Assembly: GCA_965203465.1 (NCBI GenBank)
Contig: CBDBCR010000003.1
Coordinates: 480,001 to 544,000 of the forward strand
DNA length: 64,000 bases
Source of the DNA: Nitrosopumilaceae archaeon
GTDB lineage: Archaea > Thermoproteota > Nitrososphaeria > Nitrososphaerales > Nitrosopumilaceae
Direction of reading: 5' to 3'
The notes below the pieces were generated by a model. It did no database searches. It was not told the DNA's origin and saw only the letters and a program-made list of their open reading frames with translations. Shown piece after piece: positions 29,287 through 39,297 of the stretch. The first letter of the stretch is position 1, and each line of letters opens with the position of its first letter. The position numbers and the translations under genes are program-made.

Positions 29287-32200
29287 CTAATTCTGCGCGT
29301 TTATGTTCCTGTGCCCGAACAGCTCCTCGAAGAGCAGCGCGGCCCGGTGCTGCTCTGCCAGTACCGCCTCGCGGAGGCGCCGCTCGTCGGCCTCCAGGTC
29401 GGGCAGCTGCGGGGCCGGCGCCGGCGCGTCCGGCTCCGGTGCCGGCATCATGGAATCGAGCACCTTTTGGGCGGCCATCACCTGCGCGTACAGGTGGTCG
29501 CGGAACTCCGGGTCGCCGCGGTCGTAGCCCTGCTTGGGGATGCCGTCGTAGATGTACATGGACTCGTCGATGTCGTGGTACAGCCGCGACTGGTTGTACA
29601 GCGGCAGGTACTCGCCTTCCGGCGAGAGCTTGAACAGGTGCCCGTCGCCGTCGACGAGCACGTCCTCGCCCGACGACACGCGGTACAGCAGCATCCCGTC
29701 CACCTCGATCCCCGGCTGCGGGTCCATCGGCTCGCCCGATACCCGTATGCCGTGGTTGTAGTAGTTTTGCCACGAGTTCCTCTCCCTGTCCCAGACGTCG
29801 GTCCCCACGATGTCGAACTCGAGCGGCGCCCGGAACGTGTGGGTTATGGTCACCGAGAGGCACTCGAGCGAAGATCCCGCCGAGCATTCCACCACGTCGT
29901 GCGAGGCGGACAGCGTGTCCAGGTCGATGGCGCCGTCCGGATCTATGACAGAGACGGTCCCGATGTCGTCGAACGAAATGTCGTAGTTTACGACCGCCCT
30001 GCTCTCCGATATGACCTCGCCGGAGCGCAGCCCGAAGGCCAGCGAGACGTGCTCTACGTTGCCCGGCCCCTGGTTTTCGTACATCTTTAGCACCACGGTG
30101 TTTTGCTTGCCGACTTCGGATTCGATCAGCGGGTACGGGGTGAAAAAGTACGCCACGTCGGACGACAGTCCGTTGTACGCAAAGCCGCCGTCGACGAGTT
30201 TGGCGCCGTACTCGTCGTAGCCGAGCGTCGGCGGGGTGCAGTCGTCGCACTCCGAGCCGCCGCTCGGCGGCAGCGCGGGCCCGGTCCCCCATGCCGAAAA
30301 GTGGCTGGTCCAGACAGTCGAGCTCTCCCGCACGTAGCACGAGCCCGCGTCGGTCCCGTCCTGCCCCTCGAGGGAGGCCAAGTGCCCGGCAGCCTCGGCG
30401 TGCGTCGAGGAGCCGGTCAGATCCTCGGGGCACTCTTGTACAGCGAGGGTCTGCCCGCCGGTCACCACGAAGACCAGCTCTTGGAGAGGCGTCGAAAACT
30501 CTATGCGTGCCGGCAGCGACAGCTCGACGCGCCCGGCCGGATCGCCCACCTCTATCAGGGTCGCCGACTGCGAGGTGTCCAGCCTGTACGAGAACGCGTA
30601 GTCGTCGGACGGCACGGTGGAACTGGTGGCCGACATTGGCAGCGTCTGATCCGCGGGCAACCCGCCTACCTGCAGGCCGGCGGGCAGCACCACGGTGGCA
30701 GAGGCGAACATGACGGTCAGCCCGGAGCTGAACTCGGCGGTCTGCCCTCCGGCCGAGGCCACGCTGGCGGCCGGCGAGGCCGGATCGGGCAGCAGCGAGG
30801 CGTCGATGGCCACCGGCTGCCGGGCCACGACGGTGCTTACGATCGAGTCGGGCGGCAGCACCAGCTCCGTGCGACCGTCCCTGGCCGTGTCGCGCAATAC
30901 GACCGCCCCGTCGCGCGCGTCCGCCGGGACCAGCGACTTTGCGCCGCCGTTGAGCAGCGCGTTGCCCACCCTGTCGGTGACCCCGGAGACTTGGAAGTCG
31001 ATGCGGGTGCTGGACATCAGCTCGGCGTCGCTCTGGGCCAGCATGGCGAGTACAGAGGCGGTGCCCGAGCCGTGCACGAAAGAGGCTGCCGGCACCGAAG
31101 AGGCGCCGTACTCGAAGAGCGTATAGTCCGCAGCCGCGGTCACCACCGGCTCGGAGTAAAAGAGCGCTACGGAGCGCTGGCCGACAAGCGATATCTGATC
31201 TAGCTGCGGGGCCGTGTTGTCCACCAGGACGTTGGGGCCGGTCAGCCTCTCCTCTCCGAAGGTGACTGGCACCCCGTCGATCATCACCTCTATGCTGATG
31301 TCCAGCGGGCCGTCGGGGTCGGTCCCGCAGGCGGCCCACTCTGCGGCGAACTGCTTGGCCGGCGGGGTCGTCTCTTCGACCGAGCTTTCCGGGTTGGGGA
31401 GCGGGGGCTGCAGGGACGCGCTCCTGCCGTTTATCAGTACGTCGAACTCGCCCATGGTGAACGTCTCTTCGGCCCGGAACGAAATGTCCACCAAGGTCCT
31501 GGGCCTGTCCCCCTCCGGGACGCACACGCCCTCCCCGGATGTCAGGACGCGCTGGCCGCCCTGCAGCACCAGGGTGCCGGTCGGCTCGTAAGAGTCCCCG
31601 CCCGTGGCCATGCCCGAGGGGTGGCGCGAAGTCACCGTGAACTCCGTGACGGTCAGCGGCACCTCGTACTTTGGTATCGGTACGGCCTGCCCGCCGCGCA
31701 CCTGCAAGAGCTGGAACTCGGTGCCGGCCAAGTCCCCGTTGATATCGAGCGTGGTGTCCCCTATCAGGCCCGCGTGCCCGCGCGCGGCCGCCGGGATGTT
31801 TTCCAGCAGGGCAGAGGCGGCCGCCGAGTCGCCGAGCAGCACCGCCCTGCCCATCAGGTGGACCGAATCGTAGGCGGCGTACGTATAGATGCCAAAGTCG
31901 CGGTGCCCGTCGGGCAGCCTGGCAGATATCTCGCGCGTGACGCGATCGAACTGCGGGTGGTCGCGGTCGAACACGGCGTCCACGCTCGTGTACCGAACCT
32001 GCGAGGCAAAGTCGCGCACCTGGTCCGTGTGGGACAGTATGGTGTCCAGTATCGACGTGCCGAACCACTGCGAGGTGCCCAGCGCGGCCGCCCCCGGCGG
32101 GGCGCCCGGCGCGGACGAGGCCGCGTCGGCGGCGGCCATTATTTCGACCGTGTCGGTGCTGAAATCGAACAAGAGGACGGCCGAGTCCGAGGCCACGTGC

Positions 32201-35200
32201 GTGGCGGACATCTGCGATACGAGCGCCGCCGAATCGAGCGGGGCCCCGTCGGTCGACGAGACGAACGGCACCAGCGCCGTGGTGTAGCCCGAGCCCAGAT
32301 CGAATCTTGACTTTACGGATTCGGCCAGGCCTCTCCCCCACGCGTCGTCCCTGTACGCTATGGTGGCGTGCTTTATGCCCGCGTTGAGCAGCTGCTCCGC
32401 GATGAACGGGCCCATGAGCGTGTCGGGCGGTATCAGCCTGAATATGCCGTCCTGCTTTGCCAGCGAGGCGGCAGTCGAGCCGTAGCTGAGGACGGTCACG
32501 CCGTTGGCCGCCGCATAGTCCTGCACGCGCGTCACGCCGCCCGACGTGGCCGGGCCGATTACCGCCTTTATGCCCGCCGAGTTTAGGTCGCTCAGCCGCG
32601 CCAGCGCCGTGTCCGGCTCGGCCCGCGAATCGCGTATGTCCAGCGAGACGCGCCAGTCCGAGTCGGTCTGCTCGAGGCGCTCGTTGAGGTCTTTCACCCC
32701 GACCTGCATGGCGGCTTCCCAGTGCTCGCCGAGCGACGAGACCGGGCCGGTCAGCGGCACGAGCGCGCCGATCGTGACCGTGTGCAAGTCGCCAAGGCCC
32801 GCCGTCTCCGTAAGGTCCAGGACGGTCAGCCCGCCGCGCGTGTTGTTCAGGCCGGTCACCGCCGCGTTGGACGAGGCGACGGCCGCGTACAGCCGCCCGT
32901 CGACGGTCCTGAGCGAGACGCCCAGCGGGTCGTCCAGGCCGACGCGCTCGCCGGCCGGATCGTTGTGGCCGTCGCGCGCGTACGCGAGGCGCTGCGGCGA
33001 CGCGGGATCCGTGACGTCTATCAGAAACAGCCCGTCGGGCTGATCGACCGTGGCGGCCAGCACGGTGCGCCCGCCGGCCTCGGACACGTCGATCCGCTCT
33101 ATGCTGTCGAAGGACGCCAGCGGGTGGCCGTCCAGGTACGGGCCGATGACGCCGGCCGAGCGGGGCGCGGACGGATCCTTCAGGTTCACTATCTGGATGA
33201 ATTCGCCGCTGTATTCGTCAGGGTCGTCGCTGGCCACTATGGCCGCGTGCGGCACGCCGCCCAGCTCGAATGCGAGCACCTGCCCGGGCGAGTAGATGTC
33301 GCCGAACGCGCGCCCGTCCCTGTCCAGCAGGCCCGGCGTTATGGAGGCCGCGCGCTTTGGATTCGCAGGATCCGAAAGATCCAGTATCTGGACGGAGCCC
33401 TCGCCGTCGTTGCCGTAATACCAGTCGTCCAAGGAAGATACCACCGCGTACGTCGAGCCGCCGGACTCGAAGGTGTCTATGCCGACCGGGTTGTACAGCG
33501 AATCGAAGAGGCGGCCGTCGGCGTCCCTCTCGCCGGCCACGGCGAACGATATCTGCCGGATGGCGGCCGGATTTGAAATGTCCAGTATCGTCACGGCGCC
33601 CTGGTACTGGCTGTAGGTTCCGCCGTACTGCGAGGCGAACGCGACGTAGGTCTTGCCGCCGGTCTCAAAGACGGCCAGGTCCGAGATTGTCAGCAGCGCG
33701 TCGATGTTGGTGGCCCAGGCGCCGTTGTTGACCGAGTACCCGCTGTTGGGGTTGCCCGGATCCGTAATGTCCACCATCTGGAACCCGCCCACCTGGTACG
33801 GGGCGCCCGGCGAGACCGCGACGGCGTACGTGCGGTCGCCTATCTTGACTATCTCTACGGCGTCGGTCCCGTCCAGCTCGGCCAGCCGGCGCAGCGGGTC
33901 GGCGGCAAGGTCGGTCGTCGGCGTGATGCAGTGCAGCTGCTGCCCGGTGTACTGGTTGGGATCGGCGCAGCCGTACATCGGCGAGCGGCCGTCGGCCATG
34001 TACGAGACAGAGCGCGGAGAGTACGGATCCGAAATGTCCACTATCTGCAGGCCGTTGTCGTCCGCCGATGCCACCACGGCGAACGTGCCGGCAGAGCCGC
34101 GCAGGCTGACCGTTTCTGCCGGCGCCTCCGGCGAGCCGATCCTGCCGGACAGGTGAGCCTGCTCGGTGGCCGGATCGTAGCGCACGGTACTCCACGTGCC
34201 CGAATACAGGGTGCGCGCCAGCTCTTCCCCGTCCACGGTGTACACGTCCACGTCGGCCGCGCCGCCCAGGCTGTGGTAGTGCGTTATAGACGGTATGTTG
34301 AAGACGTACCCCGGATCGAAGTTTTTGACGGTCCTGTACGGATCGCCGGGCGATACCGGGCGGCCGGACGCCTGCCCGTCCGTTATCGCCGAGGCGAGCA
34401 CCGCGGCCGTGTCCACGGGCGCGTACGCAGAGCGCGCCGAGATCTGCACGGACTGGGCGGCCACGGCGCGATCGTGAAAGTCCTGCACGTCTCCGGGCGC
34501 GTACGACAGCGACTGGCCCGACATGACCGGGTCGCGGAACGTGATGTACGCCGAGATCACCGCGGTCGGATCCAGGTATTCGGTGGTCCAGCTGGCAGGC
34601 ACCGGCCACAGCAGGGCGGGCCAGTCGGGGCGCGGCGGGGGCGGTATGTCCTGGGTTATCACGCGCTCCTGGGGCACCCGCACGGATATAGCTCCGCTGC
34701 CGCCGGCCGACCATGCCTCGGCCGAGCCGGCGCCGGTCATGGGCATGTTGAAGTATATCCGCACGGTGTGCGGCGAGACCGACTCTGCGGACATTATGGC
34801 GGGCAGCACCGACGGGTCGGGCGTGTCGGCTATTTCCAGCGCGACCGGATCGACGCTCAAGTCGGACAGGTCCTCCACGGCGCTCCGCTCGAAGCGCAGG
34901 TGCGGGGCCGCGTACACTGCGCCGGCCTGCGCGAGCGTCTCTGAAAGCTGTACCGTGATGCGGGCGTCCGAATCTCCCGACGACGTAATCTGCGAGCCGG
35001 TCAGCGCGGTGCCTCCCGTCGTAAAGGAGCCGTCGGCCATGAAGATCTTTGCCAGATCGGCAGAATCCTTGACCCACTCGTCGAAGGTAAGCGTCAGCAC
35101 CCCCGAGGCCTCGTCCAGCTCTGCGGAGGAGACCGACGGCCGCACGGCGTCGGGCGTGTCCGCGATTTCGGCCGTCGCGGCGGCCACGGGCACGTCCGAA

Positions 35201-38200
35201 AGGTCCCGCACCGCGCCCGCGTCCAAGCGCACGTACGGCGTCGTATAGCCGATGGCCGACTGCCGCAGGGCCTCGCTCAAGTCCACGGTTATCTCCTTGT
35301 CCGTGTCTTCGGACGTCACCGAAGAGCCGGTCAGCGCGGCGCCGCCGGATCCGGGCCCGTCGCGGATGAAGATCCTCGAGAGGTCGACGCCGGCGCCGTC
35401 CTTTACGTCCTCGTTGAACGTCAGGGTCAATATTCCGGTGCCCTCGTCGAGGGCCGGCCTGTCGTTGCCCGTAGCCACTAGCGCCGGGGCGTTGGTGTCC
35501 AGTATCTGGGAGATGTCGGTGCCGGCCGCGTTGGCCGCTATGTCGTTGAGGGCCGTGTCTTCTATGGCGCCGGCCGCGATGTACAGGTAGGGATCCGACA
35601 AGGCTATGGCGCCCAGCCTGCTGTCCGGGCTCAGCTCGAACTCGAAGGTCAGGCCGTCGGACTGGCCGGACTTTCTCTCCGCGTTGGACAGCGTGACCTC
35701 GCCGGCGGAGCCGTCGGCCGCGCTGGCGCCCTCGCGCAGCTCAAAGCCCGCGCCGTTTACGCGCGCCGGATCCACGTCCACGTCCTCGTTGAACGTTATG
35801 GTGAGCAGGCCGGTCTCCTCGTTGAGGGCAGCAGAAGAGACCACCGGCGGTATGCTGTCGTATACTTTGGTGATCGCCGTGCTGGTGGCCGAGGCGGCCA
35901 GGGTCTGGTTTGAAAGATCCACCACGGCGCCCGAGGTAAAGTACAGGTGTGGCACGTACGCCTGGGCGGCCACGGCGGCCCTGAGCGTCTCGGATACGGT
36001 TATCTCGATCTCCGGGTCGGTGTCGTCGGTGGAAGACACGCTAAAGCCGGTGCCGGTCAGCGCCGTGCCGCCGGAGGTGCCCGAGCCGTCGCGGATGAAG
36101 ACTTTGGTCAGATCCACGGTGCCGTCGTTTACCGATTCGTTGAACACGATGGTCAGCCTCCCGGTGGGCACGTGGAACACGGGCGCGGTGGTGGAGCTGA
36201 GCTGCGGGGCCGCGGTGTCGGCTGTGTCCGTGATTTCGGCGCTGGCCGAGGCGGCTACGTCCTGGTTCGAAAAGTCCTTCACGGCGCCTTGTGCGAGGCG
36301 CACGTGCGGCGTCGCGTAGCCGATGGCGGCCTTGCGCTGCGCCTCGGTAAGATCCACCGTCACGGTCGCGCCGTTGCCCGTCGAGGTGACCGTCGCGCCG
36401 GTCAGGGGCTCGCCGCCGGAGGTGAACGAGCCGTCGTTTATGAGGATCTTCGACTGGTCGACGTCCGAATCCGACGCCTTTACGGTCTCGTCGAAGGTCA
36501 GCGTCAGTATTCCGGTCTCTTCGTTGAGCGCGGGCCCGTTCTGCCCCGTGGCCACGAGCCGCGGGGCGGTCGTGTCTGGCGTGTCCGTTATTTCGGCGAC
36601 GGCGGCGGCGACGTTCTGGTCGGAGAGATCCTTCACCGCTCCGGCATCTAGGCGCACGTACGGCGCCGTGTAGCCGATGGCCGTCTGCCGGAGCGCCTCT
36701 GTCAGTTCCACGGTGATCTCGGCGTCCGTATCGGCAGTCGAGGTCACCGTCGAGCCGGTCAGCGCGGTGCCGGCGGGGGAGGCGAACGAGCCGTCGTTTA
36801 TGAAGATCTTGGCCAAGTCGACGTTGGCGCCCTCCTTTACCGATTCGCTGAACGTGAGAGTCAGCACGCCGGTGGCCTCGTCGAGGGCCGGCGCGTTCTG
36901 TCCCGACGCCACGAGCGTCGGCGCGGTGGTGTCCGCGGTATCCGAGATGGAGGCGCCGGCCGCGAGGGCCGCGATGCCGACGGACGACGTGTCGGTGATG
37001 GCGCCGGCCGCGACGTACAGGTAGGGGTTGCTCAGCGCTATGGCGTCCCTCCTGCTGTCCTCGTCGAGCTCGAACTTTAGCGTCAGGCCGTCGTTCTGGC
37101 TGGCCTGTATCTCCGCGTTGGACAGGACGACATTGCCCGCTTGGTTGCTGGGCGCGCTTGCGTTGTTGCGTATTTCGAAGCTGGCGCCGTTGCTGCTCGC
37201 GCTCGACACGTCGACGGTCTCGCTGAACGTTATCGTGAGCAGGCCGGTCTCCTCGTTGAGGGCCGCGGACGAGACCGTCGGCGGATCGTTGTCGGGCGTC
37301 TGCGAGATGGCGGTGCCGGCCGTCTTTGCGGCTATTCCGTTGGGTCCAACGTTGCTGTTGGCCAGGCTGATCGCGTCGTTTATGGCGCCGGCCGCGACGT
37401 ACAGGTGGGGATTCGACAGGGCGATGACGGCCTGCCGGCTGTCCTCGTCCAGATCGAAGACGAACGTGAGACCGTCGGACTGGCTCGCCCGTATCTCCGA
37501 ATTCGACAGGGTGACCTCGCCGGGAGAGCCGTCCGCGGCGTTGGCGTTGTTGCGTATTTCGAAGCTGGCGCCGCTGCTGCTCGCGCTGGACACGTCGACG
37601 GTCTCGTCGAACGTGATCGTCAGTATCCCGGTGCCCTCGTCGATGGCCGCCGTCAAGACCTGCGGCGCGGCCGTGTCGAAGACCTGTGAAACGTCGGTGC
37701 CTTCCGCCTTTGCGGCTATGCCGTTGGCCGCCGTGTCGTCTATGGCGCCTGCCGCCACGTACAGGTACGGATCGCTCAAGGCTATGGCGGCCTGGCGGCT
37801 GTCCTCGTCGAGTTCGAATTCGAAGGTGGCGCCGTCGGTCTGGCCGGCCTTTATCTCGCCGGCGGACAGCGTGACCTCGCCGGTGGAGCCGAGGGCCGCC
37901 GGCGTGCTCTCGCGCAGGTAAAAGGCGGCGCCGTTGGCGCCGGACACGTCCACGTACTCGTCGAACGTGATCGCGAGCGGGCCGTCGAGCCCCTCGTTCA
38001 GCGACACCGCGGTCACCACGGGTCCGGTGGTATCGGCCGTCGCGGCGGGCACCTCCGTTACGCCCGAGGAAGCTACGGGGGTGGCGCCGCCCGACTGCGC
38101 GAACGCGCCGTGATCAACCAGTATCGCCAGGTCCGCCATGCCCTTGATTGTCTCTTTCTGCTCAGGGCTCAGGCCTATCGTGACCGTGTTGGAACTGATG

Positions 38201-39267
38201 GAGACGGAGGCGCCGGAGCCCAGCGTGATGTTGGACGAGCCGTCGCGCGTCTGCACGGTTATCCTCGAGAGCGCGTCCGTGTTGCTAGTGCGCGCCTGCA
38301 CGTCCTCGGTAAAGTAAATCACGATCTTGCCCGCGCTACGGTCGCCTGCGCTGCCCTCGAAGTTGTTCAGGTCGACGGCCGCCGACTTGAACGCGGCGCT
38401 GGATATGACGGCCGTCGACGAGGTGGTCGCCAGCAGCGCGTTGTCCGACAGATCCTTTATCGCCCCCGCGCCAAAGTACAGGTGGGGGGTAGAGTATCCG
38501 GCGATCCTGTCGTAGTCGGTCTGGCTCAGCAATATAGAGACGTAGGGATCCGTATCGACGGTGGACGTCACGGTGGAGAGCGACAGGTTGCCGGTCGCCG
38601 AGGGCGTCGAGCCCGAAGTGTAGGTGCCGTCGCTGACGAATACCTGCGCCAAGTCGACGTCGGCCCCCTCCTTTACCGATTCGCTGAACGTCATGGTCAG
38701 TATCTTGGCGCCGTCGTCGATGACGGACTGTCCGGGTATGGTCGGGGCATTGGTGTCGTCGATGGTGGTGAAAGTTCGGCCCTGGTTGTTAGCGGACCAG
38801 CCGCTCCACATTCCGTGGCCATTAGCCTGACGGAACGTGTCTTCTTTGGGAGACGCGTACCCGCTAAAAGTGACCGGCAGCATCGCTTTGCGCTGGGCCT
38901 CGGTAAGCTGTATAAGTATGGGACCAAAACCGGTGCCCGAAGAGACCACCTCGGCGCCCGCCAGATTGACTGATAGCGTTACTCCATAAGTTGCCCCAAA
39001 ATCTGTTGTGCCGAGCCATATGTTTTCCTGCTTTACGTCCGCATCGCCGAGTCTTGACTCAGTGATAAGTTGGAGGGTGAGCAATCCGGTCTCTTTGTTG
39101 AGAGTGGCGTGGCTTAGCCCCACGTTTCCGGCGTGAGTCGCGTCGGCCTCTTGGTGGGGCAGCGCCGCCAAGAGCGGCGCCAGCGCCAAGAGAGGCAAGA
39201 GCGCCAAGACCGCGAACTTTGCCGTTTTTTCGCCCGCAATGCGCCCCGATCCTAGCCGCGCCAACAT
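29287..39267 (-). CDS. Giant surface protein, 3326 aa: signal peptide, ~12 Ig-like repeats, LVIVD-like beta-propeller, LIV-BP-like domain, thaumarchaeal C-terminal domain
   Basis: Repeats AALNEETGLLTITF.E.V; LQIVDISDP/VTILDISNP/LFLIDVTDP blades; IGALVPLTG..YAAYDSV; CDDCTPPTLG..GGFAYNG. Confidence 0.9.
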   Translation of the reverse strand: MLARLGSGRIAGEKTAKFAVLALLPLLALAPLLAALPHQEADATHAGNVGLSHATLNKETGLLTLQLITESRLGDADVKQENIWLGTTDFGATYGVTLSVNLAGAEVVSSGTGFGPILIQLTEAQRKAMLPVTFSGYASPKEDTFRQANGHGMWSGWSANNQGRTFTTIDDTNAPTIPGQSVIDDGAKILTMTFSESVKEGADVDLAQVFVSDGTYTSGSTPSATGNLSLSTVTSTVDTDPYVSILLSQTDYDRIAGYSTPHLYFGAGAIKDLSDNALLATTSSTAVISSAAFKSAAVDLNNFEGSAGDRSAGKIVIYFTEDVQARTSNTDALSRITVQTRDGSSNITLGSGASVSISSNTVTIGLSPEQKETIKGMADLAILVDHGAFAQSGGATPVASSGVTEVPAATADTTGPVVTAVSLNEGLDGPLAITFDEYVDVSGANGAAFYLRESTPAALGSTGEVTLSAGEIKAGQTDGATFEFELDEDSRQAAIALSDPYLYVAAGAIDDTAANGIAAKAEGTDVSQVFDTAAPQVLTAAIDEGTGILTITFDETVDVSSASSSGASFEIRNNANAADGSPGEVTLSNSEIRASQSDGLTFVFDLDEDSRQAVIALSNPHLYVAAGAINDAISLANSNVGPNGIAAKTAGTAISQTPDNDPPTVSSAALNEETGLLTITFSETVDVSSASSNGASFEIRNNASAPSNQAGNVVLSNAEIQASQNDGLTLKFELDEDSRRDAIALSNPYLYVAAGAITDTSSVGIAALAAGASISDTADTTAPTLVASGQNAPALDEATGVLTLTFSESVKEGANVDLAKIFINDGSFASPAGTALTGSTVTSTADTDAEITVELTEALRQTAIGYTAPYVRLDAGAVKDLSDQNVAAAVAEITDTPDTTAPRLVATGQNGPALNEETGILTLTFDETVKASDSDVDQSKILINDGSFTSGGEPLTGATVTSTGNGATVTVDLTEAQRKAAIGYATPHVRLAQGAVKDFSNQDVAASASAEITDTADTAAPQLSSTTAPVFHVPTGRLTIVFNESVNDGTVDLTKVFIRDGSGTSGGTALTGTGFSVSSTDDTDPEIEITVSETLRAAVAAQAYVPHLYFTSGAVVDLSNQTLAASATSTAITKVYDSIPPVVSSAALNEETGLLTITFNEDVDVDPARVNGAGFELREGASAADGSAGEVTLSNAERKSGQSDGLTFEFELSPDSRLGAIALSDPYLYIAAGAIEDTALNDIAANAAGTDISQILDTNAPALVATGNDRPALDEGTGILTLTFNEDVKDGAGVDLSRIFIRDGPGSGGAALTGSSVTSEDTDKEITVDLSEALRQSAIGYTTPYVRLDAGAVRDLSDVPVAAATAEIADTPDAVRPSVSSAELDEASGVLTLTFDEWVKDSADLAKIFMADGSFTTGGTALTGSQITSSGDSDARITVQLSETLAQAGAVYAAPHLRFERSAVEDLSDLSVDPVALEIADTPDPSVLPAIMSAESVSPHTVRIYFNMPMTGAGSAEAWSAGGSGAISVRVPQERVITQDIPPPPRPDWPALLWPVPASWTTEYLDPTAVISAYITFRDPVMSGQSLSYAPGDVQDFHDRAVAAQSVQISARSAYAPVDTAAVLASAITDGQASGRPVSPGDPYRTVKNFDPGYVFNIPSITHYHSLGGAADVDVYTVDGEELARTLYSGTWSTVRYDPATEQAHLSGRIGSPEAPAETVSLRGSAGTFAVVASADDNGLQIVDISDPYSPRSVSYMADGRSPMYGCADPNQYTGQQLHCITPTTDLAADPLRRLAELDGTDAVEIVKIGDRTYAVAVSPGAPYQVGGFQMVDITDPGNPNSGYSVNNGAWATNIDALLTISDLAVFETGGKTYVAFASQYGGTYSQYQGAVTILDISNPAAIRQISFAVAGERDADGRLFDSLYNPVGIDTFESGGSTYAVVSSLDDWYYGNDGEGSVQILDLSDPANPKRAASITPGLLDRDGRAFGDIYSPGQVLAFELGGVPHAAIVASDDPDEYSGEFIQIVNLKDPSAPRSAGVIGPYLDGHPLASFDSIERIDVSEAGGRTVLAATVDQPDGLFLIDVTDPASPQRLAYARDGHNDPAGERVGLDDPLGVSLRTVDGRLYAAVASSNAAVTGLNNTRGGLTVLDLTETAGLGDLHTVTIGALVPLTGPVSSLGEHWEAAMQVGVKDLNERLEQTDSDWRVSLDIRDSRAEPDTALARLSDLNSAGIKAVIGPATSGGVTRVQDYAAANGVTVLSYGSTAASLAKQDGIFRLIPPDTLMGPFIAEQLLNAGIKHATIAYRDDAWGRGLAESVKSRFDLGSGYTTALVPFVSSTDGAPLDSAALVSQMSATHVASDSAVLLFDFSTDTVEIMAAADAASSAPGAPPGAAALGTSQWFGTSILDTILSHTDQVRDFASQVRYTSVDAVFDRDHPQFDRVTREISARLPDGHRDFGIYTYAAYDSVHLMGRAVLLGDSAAASALLENIPAAARGHAGLIGDTTLDINGDLAGTEFQLLQVRGGQAVPIPKYEVPLTVTEFTVTSRHPSGMATGGDSYEPTGTLVLQGGQRVLTSGEGVCVPEGDRPRTLVDISFRAEETFTMGEFDVLINGRSASLQPPLPNPESSVEETTPPAKQFAAEWAACGTDPDGPLDISIEVMIDGVPVTFGEERLTGPNVLVDNTAPQLDQISLVGQRSVALFYSEPVVTAAADYTLFEYGASSVPAASFVHGSGTASVLAMLAQSDAELMSSTRIDFQVSGVTDRVGNALLNGGAKSLVPADARDGAVVLRDTARDGRTELVLPPDSIVSTVVARQPVAIDASLLPDPASPAASVASAGGQTAEFSSGLTVMFASATVVLPAGLQVGGLPADQTLPMSATSSTVPSDDYAFSYRLDTSQSATLIEVGDPAGRVELSLPARIEFSTPLQELVFVVTGGQTLAVQECPEDLTGSSTHAEAAGHLASLEGQDGTDAGSCYVRESSTVWTSHFSAWGTGPALPPSGGSECDDCTPPTLGYDEYGAKLVDGGFAYNGLSSDVAYFFTPYPLIESEVGKQNTVVLKMYENQGPGNVEHVSLAFGLRSGEVISESRAVVNYDISFDDIGTVSVIDPDGAIDLDTLSASHDVVECSAGSSLECLSVTITHTFRAPLEFDIVGTDVWDRERNSWQNYYNHGIRVSGEPMDPQPGIEVDGMLLYRVSSGEDVLVDGDGHLFKLSPEGEYLPLYNQSRLYHDIDESMYIYDGIPKQGYDRGDPEFRDHLYAQVMAAQKVLDSMMPAPEPDAPAPAPQLPDLEADERRLREAVLAEQHRAALLFEELFGHRNINAQN

Positions 39268-39297
39268 GCCGCCCCCCCCCCCCCCCGTGTAATAAAG
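39267..39297 (-). promoter_or_regulatory. TATA box plus G15 homopolymer spacer before ATG
   Basis: Minus strand CTTTATTA-CAC-G15-CGGC-ATG; C run 39272-39286 on + strand. Confidence 0.85.
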
